Below, in pieces: positions 1 through 8,500 of a stretch of DNA of 14,539 nt. Location: positions 1-14,539 of the forward strand of contig JAOPTW010000107.1 of assembly GCA_051532035.1 (NCBI GenBank). The letters are read 5' to 3'. The stretch comes from Fibrobacterales bacterium. GTDB lineage: Bacteria; Fibrobacterota; Fibrobacteria; Fibrobacterales; JAOPTW01. How positions within the stretch are numbered: position 1 is the first letter of the stretch; the number at the start of each line of letters is the position of its first letter. The notes under the pieces are model-generated. The model was not told where the DNA came from and made no database searches. It worked only from the letters and a program-made list of their open reading frames with translations. The position numbers and the translations under genes were made by a program.

Positions 1-2
1 TT

Positions 3-1025
3 CGTATCTCTATTCGCCAAAACCTACATCTTAGAAATATACCTGCTGAATATGTCGGCAATGTCTATGAGTTCATTAAAACTATGACATCACTTTTCGA
101 TAGTTCTGAAGTTGTCGGAAATATCGTAACTTGTACTGGTGCTGATACCTGTAAACTTGGTCTGTGCTTGCCACGTAGAGTACAGCCAGAAATTATTAAA
201 ATTTTAAATGATAGTGATCTTGAACTTGATAAGTTGAAAGATGTCAAAATACACATTTCAGGATGTCCAAACTCGTGTGGTGTACACCATATGGCTGACC
301 TTGGCTTTTTTGGTAAAGCGGTTCGTAAAGAGGGCAAAATGTACCCTGGATATAATGTTATCGGTGGTGCAAAAATCAGTAATGGGCTTGCAGAGTTCGC
401 TCAAAAAGTTGGTATAGTTCCTTCTAAAAACATGCCTGAGTTTATTAGAGCCCTTCTCGGAAAATTCCTCGAAGATACTAATGGTCAAAAAGATTTTGGT
501 GATTGGTTCCTTGAAGGTGAAGGTGCTGTAGTAAAAGGACTTCTCGAAACATTTGGTGAAGCACCAACATACGAAGAAGATGCCTCATATTACAGAGATT
601 GGAGTGCAACAGAAGATTTCAGTATTTTGAAAGGTCAGAAGGCTGAATGTGCTGCTTCGATTTTTGATATGATTGATGTTGATAAGAGAGAGATGAATAG
701 CATTGTTAAAAAACTAAATGCAGGTGAAAAACTTGATCTCGGTAATGAGATATATAATCTCGTATTTGCTACTTCACGTATGCTTTTGGTTACCAGAAGT
801 ATCGAAGCTAATACTCCTGATGAAGTCTTTACCGGATTCATTAGAGCTTTTATTAGTGTAGAGCTTATTGATGAAAAATATAAATCACTCGTTGAGCTTG
901 CAAAAGCTGGTGATAAGGCTGGATTAGCTTCAGAGCAAGAGAGTGCGATAGCGCTTGCTCAAGAAGTTATTGGGCTTTATGGTACAATGGATGATTCACT
1001 TAAATTTGCTATTGCAAAAGATTAA
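3..1025 (+). CDS. Siroheme/[4Fe-4S] sulfite or nitrite reductase family protein with C-terminal HEPN-like helical extension (5' end outside window)
   Basis: The frame is open from base 3 (RISIRQNLHLRNIP...), so ATG 84 is internal. CTGADTCKLG (CX5C) and ISGCPNSC (CX3C) are the siroheme/4Fe-4S ligand motifs, followed by HHMADLGF. The C-terminal SRMLLVTRSIEANTPDEVFTGFIRAF resembles the HEPN-like tail of such reductases. Confidence 0.88.
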   Translation, partial: RISIRQNLHLRNIPAEYVGNVYEFIKTMTSLFDSSEVVGNIVTCTGADTCKLGLCLPRRVQPEIIKILNDSDLELDKLKDVKIHISGCPNSCGVHHMADLGFFGKAVRKEGKMYPGYNVIGGAKISNGLAEFAQKVGIVPSKNMPEFIRALLGKFLEDTNGQKDFGDWFLEGEGAVVKGLLETFGEAPTYEEDASYYRDWSATEDFSILKGQKAECAASIFDMIDVDKREMNSIVKKLNAGEKLDLGNEIYNLVFATSRMLLVTRSIEANTPDEVFTGFIRAFISVELIDEKYKSLVELAKAGDKAGLASEQESAIALAQEVIGLYGTMDDSLKFAIAKD

Positions 1026-1032
1026 CTAAAAT

Positions 1033-1071
1033 GAATGCTCTTTGTTTGCGCAAAGAGCATTCCTCTTTTTT
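1033..1071 (+). terminator. Intrinsic terminator-like hairpin
   Basis: Perfect 12-bp stem GAATGCTCTTTG/CAAAGAGCATTC with a 6-nt loop, followed by CTC and a T run, just after the reductase stop codon. Confidence 0.7.
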
Positions 1072-1080
1072 GGGGATTAA

Positions 1081-2187
1081 ATGTCTGCTAGAGAGATTAT
1101 TAAAAACGAAAATTTTACACGGGAAAATATTACCCGTTTACTTCAAACAACAGATCCAGATGAGCTCAAATATATCCAGGAAGCTGCAGAGTTTGCTGTT
1201 ATTGACCATTGTGGTGAAGCGGTCCATTATCGGGGCTTGATTGAATTTTCAAACATTTGTCATCTGGATTGTTACTACTGCGGTATCCGTAAGAGTAATA
1301 CAAAAGTTGAACGCTTTTTACTTGAAGAGAAGGAAGTGGTTGACTTAGGGATTTGGTGTGCTGAAAATGGCTATGGGTCAGTTGTATTACAATCTGGAGA
1401 ACGCAAAGATCGGAAGTTTGTCGATAGTGTGATTCGCATGGTTAGAGAAATTAAGAAACAGACTGTTTCTGAAAAGCTACCTGAAGGTCTTGGTATTACA
1501 CTTTGTGTGGGTGAACACCCCAAAGAGGTCTATCAAGAATTTTATGATGCAGGTGCTCACCGGTACTTATTGCGGATTGAGTCAACAACTCAAGAGATAT
1601 TTGATTCGATGCACCCTGATAATCAGAAACTCTCTGAACGGATGGAGTGTCTTACCTGGCTTAGAGAAGTAGGCTTTCAAGTAGGGACCGGTGTGATGTT
1701 TGGTATACCGGGGCAAACCTACGAAATGCTTGCAGATGATATTCTCTTTTTCCAAGAGCGTGATATCGATATGATTGGAATGGGGCCTTATATAGAACAT
1801 AAGGCAACACCACTCCCTAACGATGGTTCGCAGTTTCAAGTGAAAGGCGATGACCTCGTTCGGCTATCACTGTTGATGATTGCTGTTACTCGACTGGTTC
1901 TTAAAGATGTAAATATCGCAGCTACTACTGCTTTGCAAACAGTCGACCCACAAGGTCGTGAGAAAGGGTTAATGCATGGGGCAAATATCATTATGCCACA
2001 GCTAACACCTACTGAACAACGCACTAAGTATCTCCTCTATGAAGATAAGCCTTGTCAAGATGATACTGTGGAAGAGTGTAAGAGTTGTCTTGGAGGCAGA
2101 ATCCGTTCTGTAGAGCGTATTGTTGCTCAAAACTCTTGGGGTGACTCTCAGCACGCCATTAATCGTGGTGCTAAAGGCAAAAAGTAA
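1081..2187 (+). CDS. hydE: [FeFe]-hydrogenase maturase HydE-like radical SAM protein (BioB/HydE/PylB group)
   Basis: RGLIEFSNICHLDCYYCGIR (CX3CX2C), VVLQSGE, GAHRYLLRIE, DMIGMGPYIEH, AATTALQT, GANIIMP, YLLY, and C-terminal CX7CX2C (CQDDTVEECKSC). GGGGA RBS upstream. Confidence 0.82.
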   Translation: MSAREIIKNENFTRENITRLLQTTDPDELKYIQEAAEFAVIDHCGEAVHYRGLIEFSNICHLDCYYCGIRKSNTKVERFLLEEKEVVDLGIWCAENGYGSVVLQSGERKDRKFVDSVIRMVREIKKQTVSEKLPEGLGITLCVGEHPKEVYQEFYDAGAHRYLLRIESTTQEIFDSMHPDNQKLSERMECLTWLREVGFQVGTGVMFGIPGQTYEMLADDILFFQERDIDMIGMGPYIEHKATPLPNDGSQFQVKGDDLVRLSLLMIAVTRLVLKDVNIAATTALQTVDPQGREKGLMHGANIIMPQLTPTEQRTKYLLYEDKPCQDDTVEECKSCLGGRIRSVERIVAQNSWGDSQHAINRGAKGKK

Positions 2188-2195
2188 ATTACGTA

Positions 2196-2235
2196 AAGAG
2201 TCTGATGAGTCATTATAATGATTCTTCAGACTCTT
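2196..2235. terminator. Long hairpin between convergent genes, probable bidirectional terminator
   Basis: Outer stem AAGAGTCTGA/TCAGACTCTT plus near-perfect inner GAGTCATTA/TAATGATTC, located between the convergent stops at 2187 and 2260. Confidence 0.65.
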
Positions 2236-2259
2236 ATTCGTCTTGTGAATAGCTCTAAT

Positions 2260-2976
2260 TTATTTACACGTACTACTATTCAAATTCCAGTCGTACTCTA
2301 GCCACTCAATATCACTATTCTTGGTGTTGAGTTTTTTCTGAATGAAGCTCAAATAACTTCCGTGTTGTTTATTAAAATCACCACCATACCAATCGAAAAT
2401 TTTTGAGAGGTAAAGCTTGTTCCCTTTAACATAATTCTTTGAAGTGTCATTGAGAAATGTTTCTGCCTGACTTTGAAGCTGTTGTGTGAGGTTTTGAGCA
2501 GTAAAAGCCTCATCCCTCAGAGGGGGACAGCCAATTGATGCGCAGACAACTGCAAAGTGAATGCGGGGTTCGTCAAACTCTTTGCGGATCATTTTATGTT
2601 CGATATCATCGAGGGAGAAGTTGTTGAATCCTTTAAAGAGGGTAATAAACTCTTTGCTCCAAGGTGAGCTGAATACACCGCCAAGGTCTCGAATACTCTT
2701 AACAGGATAATTATCAACAATCAGCTTTAATGTGTAATAGTTATAGACATTAATCAGGTAAGCTAGTTTTTCAGGGTCAGGGAGCGACTGGAACGCCTTT
2801 TTTGTTAAATCAAAATTCGATGCAGCTTTGTCGAGAAGCTTATCACTGACAAGACGTTTGTAATCAACAGATCCATTACACACTGTTTTATTTAAGAGTG
2901 CATTGTATTCTGTAAAGGATGGGGTATAGCCAAATGAGAGGACTGCACTGGTTAATATGATGTAGAGGAATTTCAT
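2260..2976 (-). CDS. DUF547 domain secreted protein
   Basis: N-terminal signal peptide; motifs VDYKRL, LAYLINVYN, SLDDIEHKMIR, EPRIHFAVVCASIGCPPL, LSKIFDWYGGDF, YDWNLN. GGAG RBS. Confidence 0.9.
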   Translation of the reverse strand: MKFLYIILTSAVLSFGYTPSFTEYNALLNKTVCNGSVDYKRLVSDKLLDKAASNFDLTKKAFQSLPDPEKLAYLINVYNYYTLKLIVDNYPVKSIRDLGGVFSSPWSKEFITLFKGFNNFSLDDIEHKMIRKEFDEPRIHFAVVCASIGCPPLRDEAFTAQNLTQQLQSQAETFLNDTSKNYVKGNKLYLSKIFDWYGGDFNKQHGSYLSFIQKKLNTKNSDIEWLEYDWNLNSSTCK

Positions 2977-3005
2977 TGTAACTCCATTTAATTGTTTAAC
3001 AGAGG

Positions 3006-3034
3006 TTAGTCTTATCTTGGGAAGAAATATTACA
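3006..3034 (-). promoter_or_regulatory. Possible ECF-sigma-type promoter for the DUF547 gene
   Basis: Minus strand reads TGTAAT-N17-GACTAA, lying between the upstream terminator and the DUF547 RBS. Assignment is by general resemblance only. Confidence 0.3.
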
Positions 3035-3064
3035 GAATCAATGTTGTTTTTTAGAAAAGAGCAT

Positions 3065-3091
3065 AAAAAAGGAGCCCGTTAGAGGCTCCTT
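3065..3091 (-). terminator. Intrinsic terminator of the DUF3347 gene
   Basis: AAGGAGCC/GGCTCCTT stem with an A6 run on the + strand (U tract on the - strand), 15 nt past the stop at 3107. Confidence 0.8.
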
Positions 3092-3106
3092 ATGTCATTC
3101 AAAGTA

Positions 3107-3766
3107 TTAAAGACTTTGGCCCATAATGCCACAACGACGCATCTTTTTATTGTGGTAGGGGTCTTTCGGAGAATCAGTCGGTTGGATCCAGTAGGTCTTT
3201 TTGGCATTTTTAAACATAGGGCAGTAGGCGATATTTGCTGCAAGTTCGCCACTGTAGCTATTCTCTACCAAGATAGTGATAACGTTCTCCGAAAGGTTTT
3301 TGAAGGCAACTCTCACTGCATCAATGTCTTTCGCTTGAGACACTTCCTTGACACTTTGTCCAAGGGTTGCTTTTGTTATAGATTTTGATAGTTTAGCCGG
3401 TACATTCGCTAAGCTTTTGGCAAATGTCTTTGCTGCGGCAACACTGCCTGCATAATCATCAGTAATGAGCGCTTTGTATATGTCATTGTATTTTCCATGA
3501 ATCATTCCTGCTAGTGGGTCTGGAAGGATTTTTGAGGCAGGTTTTGGAAATACAAATTCTACCACTGGAGCTATTTCTGCTTTAGCTGCCTCATGAGCAT
3601 GCTCTGCATGATCGTTATGGTCATGGCCAGCATGAGGGTTGGTTTGTGGAGCTTCGATTTTAGTCGTGGGCTCAGCTTTTGTTACTTCGGCTTTTTTTTC
3701 GTCTTTGTTACAGGCACTGGTAAATACAAGTGCACCAGCAGCTAGAATGAGAAGTGTTTTATTCAT
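3107..3766 (-). CDS. DUF3347 domain lipoprotein with His-rich linker, putative heavy-metal-binding protein
   Basis: Lipobox-like FTSAC; HAGHDHNDHAEHAH tract; KALITDD...AAK, DIDAVRVAFKNLS, YCPM...W...DPY...M..CG are typical of DUF3347. AAGGA RBS. Confidence 0.85.
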   Translation of the reverse strand: MNKTLLILAAGALVFTSACNKDEKKAEVTKAEPTTKIEAPQTNPHAGHDHNDHAEHAHEAAKAEIAPVVEFVFPKPASKILPDPLAGMIHGKYNDIYKALITDDYAGSVAAAKTFAKSLANVPAKLSKSITKATLGQSVKEVSQAKDIDAVRVAFKNLSENVITILVENSYSGELAANIAYCPMFKNAKKTYWIQPTDSPKDPYHNKKMRRCGIMGQSL

Positions 3767-3950
3767 AGAAAATCCTTTTATTGTTCTGAAATGAAAATAA
3801 TAAAAAATACCTCATTTGGGCTGAGTAACTGGTGACATGGATAGACAAGGGTACTGAGCATTCTATTAATAGCGAGGGAATACTGGGGACGCTACAAAGA
3901 AGGTTTTGTTTCTTTGTTTCCCTGAGGTGTAGAATGGTGTGGTGCTCGGT

Positions 3951-5054
3951 TTAAAAGCCTAACATCATTTTTGTTTCAAGTTGCTCATTGCGAAAGGTTT
4001 TAGTGATCTTTACCTGATTATGAGGGTTGGTGTTATAGAATTCTTTATGGGCAAGTGATTCAATCTTTCCTTGTTGAATTATGAAGATTGAAGCGAGTAT
4101 TGGATTCTGAATTGAACCTGTGCGGGAGCCTACGACCTTACACACTTCATTTCTATCGGTAATGACCCAGCTACCGATAGGAAAGATCGATAGTGTCGAA
4201 ATAAAGATTGAGAAGAACCGTTTGTGATAGAGTGCTATTTTACCGTCTTGAATAAGGAAATGAATAGATTTATTTGGAGTGTGAAAGCGACAGCGGGTTT
4301 CAAATTGATTCGCGATTTGAATGATTGAGACAAAGTCATGGATCTCATTTGAAGGGGTGTTATTAATACGGCCGCCCCCATCATGGAACTCATGGTGATG
4401 AAAAACTGCAAAGGCTGTGGTGACTGGTACTTTTGTCAGGTTTTTTAGAAGTGCCAAGCCTTCAACAGCGTGATTGTCAAACTGCTCGAGAGCATCAAAT
4501 TCTAAATATTCATCAACCATTACGCGTTTTTCACTTCTTTTATGACCAACATCGTGAAGAAGAGCTGCAATGGTTAATTCTAACAACTGGGAGGTGCCAT
4601 ATTCTGCTTGGATACCAACTGCTATAGAGAGAATTGCTACATTAATAGAGTGGTAGGCAATAAAAAGGTCTTGGTCGCCTGCAACCCGCTTATTGATAAG
4701 ATTGAGGAGATAAAAAGGGACCTTTTGATAGGTTTGAAGTATCTCGCGACTCATGTCCATGAGGAACTCGAATTTAACCTTTTTTCCATTGTGAAGTAGA
4801 TTAAGATATCGGTCGAGTTGCTCCACCCAATTGATATATCGATCGTCAAACCGTTGTAAGCTCCCTGATTTCGTGAATTCGGGGATTGTATTTGGAGGTT
4901 CATGGAGGATATCAGACATCATATCGATGGAATAGATTGCTTTGTCTTTGGCCAATCGATTTAATCCTTCAGGAGTGAGATCTTTTGAAGGATCATTCAA
5001 AAAATTGTGTTCAGGTAGTTCAATCTCGCTCATTGATGTTGCGACAAGCTCCAT
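3951..5054 (-). CDS. HD-GYP family HD-domain protein with degenerate motifs
   Basis: HSINVA, AALLHDVGH, HAVEG, HHEFHDGGG, IIQIANQFE, and the IFPIGSWV...VVG C-terminal module common in HD-GYP proteins. GGGAG RBS. Confidence 0.82.
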   Translation of the reverse strand: MELVATSMSEIELPEHNFLNDPSKDLTPEGLNRLAKDKAIYSIDMMSDILHEPPNTIPEFTKSGSLQRFDDRYINWVEQLDRYLNLLHNGKKVKFEFLMDMSREILQTYQKVPFYLLNLINKRVAGDQDLFIAYHSINVAILSIAVGIQAEYGTSQLLELTIAALLHDVGHKRSEKRVMVDEYLEFDALEQFDNHAVEGLALLKNLTKVPVTTAFAVFHHHEFHDGGGRINNTPSNEIHDFVSIIQIANQFETRCRFHTPNKSIHFLIQDGKIALYHKRFFSIFISTLSIFPIGSWVITDRNEVCKVVGSRTGSIQNPILASIFIIQQGKIESLAHKEFYNTNPHNQVKITKTFRNEQLETKMMLGF

Positions 5055-5196
5055 ACTTCTCTCCCATTTTCCCCATATTATTCTCTAAATATATACCTGA
5101 ATCTAGGTATAGAGAACTGTTTTTTCGTAACATAATATTTGTTTTAGGAGTTAGAGGGCGTAAGTGTGTTTTTAGACTGAATTCAAGTAAAAAATA

Positions 5197-5346
5197 TTAA
5201 ATATTGATCTGATGAGAGGAGAGATATTTGGCAAATTTCATATCCTCTTCTAGAGTATGTTTAAAGAACCACTTGATAAGGAAGTCGATAAGCTCGAGGG
5301 TCTTCTGTTTTGAAATATGTCCTGAAGAGGTAAAGGATGTGAGATT
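5197..5346 (-). pseudogene. Start-less 3' fragment (49 codons plus stop) of a hemerythrin gene
   Basis: Translates as NLTSFTSSGHISKQKTLELIDFLIKWFFKHTLEEDMKFAKYLSSHQINI*, 42/49 aa identical to the C-terminus of 12073..12480. Homology stops abruptly at 5346 and no ATG precedes it in frame before an upstream stop. Confidence 0.92.
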
Positions 5347-5586
5347 AGAATGATTGGGTGCCCCATTATTTAGGTAATCAAACGGACATTTTGACCTGAG
5401 ACAAGGGGGCAGCTGTGATTCTCTGTAAAATATATTTTAAAAAATAGATAAAGTAAGCGTAATTATCTAGCTTTGTTGCTTTTGATTTCTGGGGTAGTTA
5501 GCTATCTAACTGGTGGTATGGCTGCTCGATATGTTCAGGGTTGATCTCCAATATTTTTTGTTTCATAGACTATTAAAGGAGTTAAT

Positions 5587-8500
5587 ATGAAGATTTATTT
5601 ATCGGTTTTATTCTTTTTATTTTTAATTGTGATAAGTTGTGACCTTTTTAATGAAGGTAATATATCACGTGATTATATAGTATCTATACATACTACTAAG
5701 TCAATATCTGTTGACAGTATTGTTGTCACCAAGGTGATTGATGAGGATACTACTGTAATGGTTTTTAACAAGTCAGATATTAAATCTACTCCAGATACAG
5801 AATCCGGAGGGGAGATACTTGAGGTGTCTTTTTCAATAATGGCAGAAAATTCTGCGCAAATACAGGTGAGTTACCTCTGTTATTCCGAAGGTTTTGTAAT
5901 AATCCATAAGGTGTCTCATTTTCAGCTTTCAGATGATAATCCATTGACTAGCAGCTATGTTGATACACTACTTGTTTCATTATTAGAAGAGTATAATAAT
6001 AAAAAGATTGTAAATGATTCACTTGTTGATTCAGTGGCTATTGATTCGGTAAAGCAGCTAAACAGTAGCATTTTTCATACCATTACTGTTAATTATATGT
6101 TAGCGGTTGACAGTAGTAGTATTGCTTCTCAAAAATTTTATTCAGCATATAAAAAACATACTTTATTAATAAATGATGGTGACAGTAGCAAAGTTGATAC
6201 TTTGTCTTTATTTAGGGATATTCGGGATTCTATTATTGTTAATGGCCTCCCTGTGGACTCTACAATGGCAATGATACTTCCTCCGGGATTAAGTGTTGCT
6301 CAAATTTTAAGTGAGCTCCCTGCACCTCTTGTGAAACCTAATGAACCCAATGGACGATTTGTATTTAAAGGGAGCATTGTATCTCATGCAGAAGATGTTG
6401 CACGTATAGACCTGTTGGTTTCGAGCAAGGATTCAACTGATCCGGTAAGTATTGTGGCGGTCTATGATTCATTAACTAACGAATATTCAGGATTTTTGGA
6501 TGTATATATTCTAAAAGATAGCTACTCTATTGATGTCATGGTGTATAATAGCAATAAACACTTAACTGGGTATTGGCAAAAAGAGTTTTCGAGCTCTACT
6601 TTCAATCTCTCAATAGCTCCAATTGATGCATGGAATGCAAAGCCCTGGGTTGCCATAGATTCGATTGCAGATTATTCAATAAATGACCGGATACTGCCAG
6701 GGTTTCAGGCAAAAGACTCACTGGGGAGTGAGGGGCCTATTAGCATTATGTGGAAGCATGGAGCTGGCGAGTATGTACGGCAGACTGACAGTACTTTTAG
6801 AATCACTCTTCCAGAAATTTTGAGTTTAAGCTATCCTGTTTATATTAAGGTGATAGATTCGGATAGTAATATTGCTATTGACTCAATTTTTCTTAATGTT
6901 TTACAGGATGTTCCGGTTGCAATTGCCGGTGATAGCATTATTACGGCTGTGAATACAGCTGTTTCGTTTAAAGGGGGAGCAACACAGGATTTTGGTGAGA
7001 TAAATATGTACAAATGGGACTTCAACGGAGATGGCGTTTTTGAAGACTCCTCTATGGTTGATACTACCTACAGTTATACCTATTGTTATTCTGGAGAATA
7101 TGTTGCACGCTATTGGGTTATGGACGATGATGGCAATTACGCGACAGACTCGTTAATAGTAACAGTTATTAATAGCGCCCCAGTTATTGATTCATTAAGC
7201 AGTGATACGCTTCTATCGCTTACAGATGTAACCATAACTAAAGATGACTCACTGTTTGTGGTAACAAAATATTCAGATACAGAAGGGAACCTCTATTTGG
7301 TTGAGTTTGATGGTAATGGCGACTCTGTTTTTGAAAGTGTTGATTCTTTGGCAAATGCAGCTACAGGAGTGTCTAGGTTTTATTACCATTATCAAAAAGC
7401 GGGAACCTATACTGTTGTAATAAGGGTAACTGACTTTGATGGAAAAAGTGTATCTAAATCGTTGAGTGTTAGAGTGAACACTCTACCACAAATTAAAACA
7501 ACTACCTTTGAAATAGATGAAAATAGTAAAAGTTCTTTTGGTCCTATAATATCGACTGATGCAGATGGTGATCTAGTTCAAATATCTGTTTTGAGTGAAT
7601 ATTTTACCTATAGTGAGTCAACCGGGATGCTCACTCCTGCTGAAAAATTTGATTTTGAAACTGATTCGACTCATTTCATACCAATAGTTGCTTTTGATGG
7701 TATTGATAGTGTATTTAGTCAAATTACAGTTACAATTATAAACTTGAATGATAATAAACCAGTAATAGTTCAAGATTCGGTGTATACAGTTAACACCAAA
7801 GAAGATAAGATAAAGACGCTCACTCTTACTGTTTCAGATGCTGATAACGACTACTCAAATTTGTTGTGGTCGATAAAAAAAGGCTTTACGGCAAGTAATG
7901 GAACAGTAACAGGTGTATTGGGAAGTGGTAAATCTAAAAATATCAATTATATCCCAAAGGAAGATTTTAATGGGCTTGATAGCTTTGTTGTTGTAGTTAC
8001 AAATGAAAGTTTTGTTGATGAAATTTTAATATATGTTAGTATAAGTGATCAGGATGACCCTGCTAATTATACTGGTACCCCTGTAATTACTGGCAATAAA
8101 AAAGTTGCAAGTCCCCTAACCATTACTAATGGGGACTGTTATGATACAGATGATGATGTGATAACTTGGGAGTACTATTGGTATAGAACAGTAAATCGCG
8201 ATAGTGTTGGTGTCTTAATTGGAGGAGCGAATAAAAGTTTGTACACATTGGTAGCCAAGGATGGAGGGAACTTTATTTATGCTCAGGTAATGTGTAATGG
8301 AGTGCCTAAAATAACCGCTGTAAGTAGTGAAATAAATGCAGCTCCAGTGATTAAAAATGGCGATACTTATCCTATAGAGTTGAATGAGGATGTTCCATAC
8401 GAATTTAGCCTTGAGGTAGAGGATGTTAACGATCCAAATGGTGAGGGAATACTCTGGTCGGTATCAGTGAGTCCTTCACTTGGTGAGGTAGATATGTCGG

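Noticed and set aside
65..841. Minus-strand ORFs 65-337, 258-488 and 635-841
   Set aside because: Antisense shadows of the reductase CDS with no recognisable motifs.
1031..2024. ORFs 1031-1240, 1490-1672, 1582-1839 and 1836-2024
   Set aside because: Out-of-frame or antisense overlaps of hydE; the first also runs through the terminator.
3819..3880. TPP-riboswitch-like words (GGCTGAG ... AGCGAGGGAA) on the + strand
   Set aside because: Core elements are missing, the orientation is antisense to the flanking genes, and there is no thiamine gene downstream.
3759..3950. Stop-free minus-strand frame continuing past the HD-GYP stop, including an 18-aa uORF overlapping the DUF3347 start
   Set aside because: No RBS or protein-like features; TAA read-through is unsupported.
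3092..5200. Plus-strand ORFs 3092-3388, 4433-4627, 4608-4799 and 4985-5200
   Set aside because: Antisense to the well-supported DUF3347 and HD-GYP genes.
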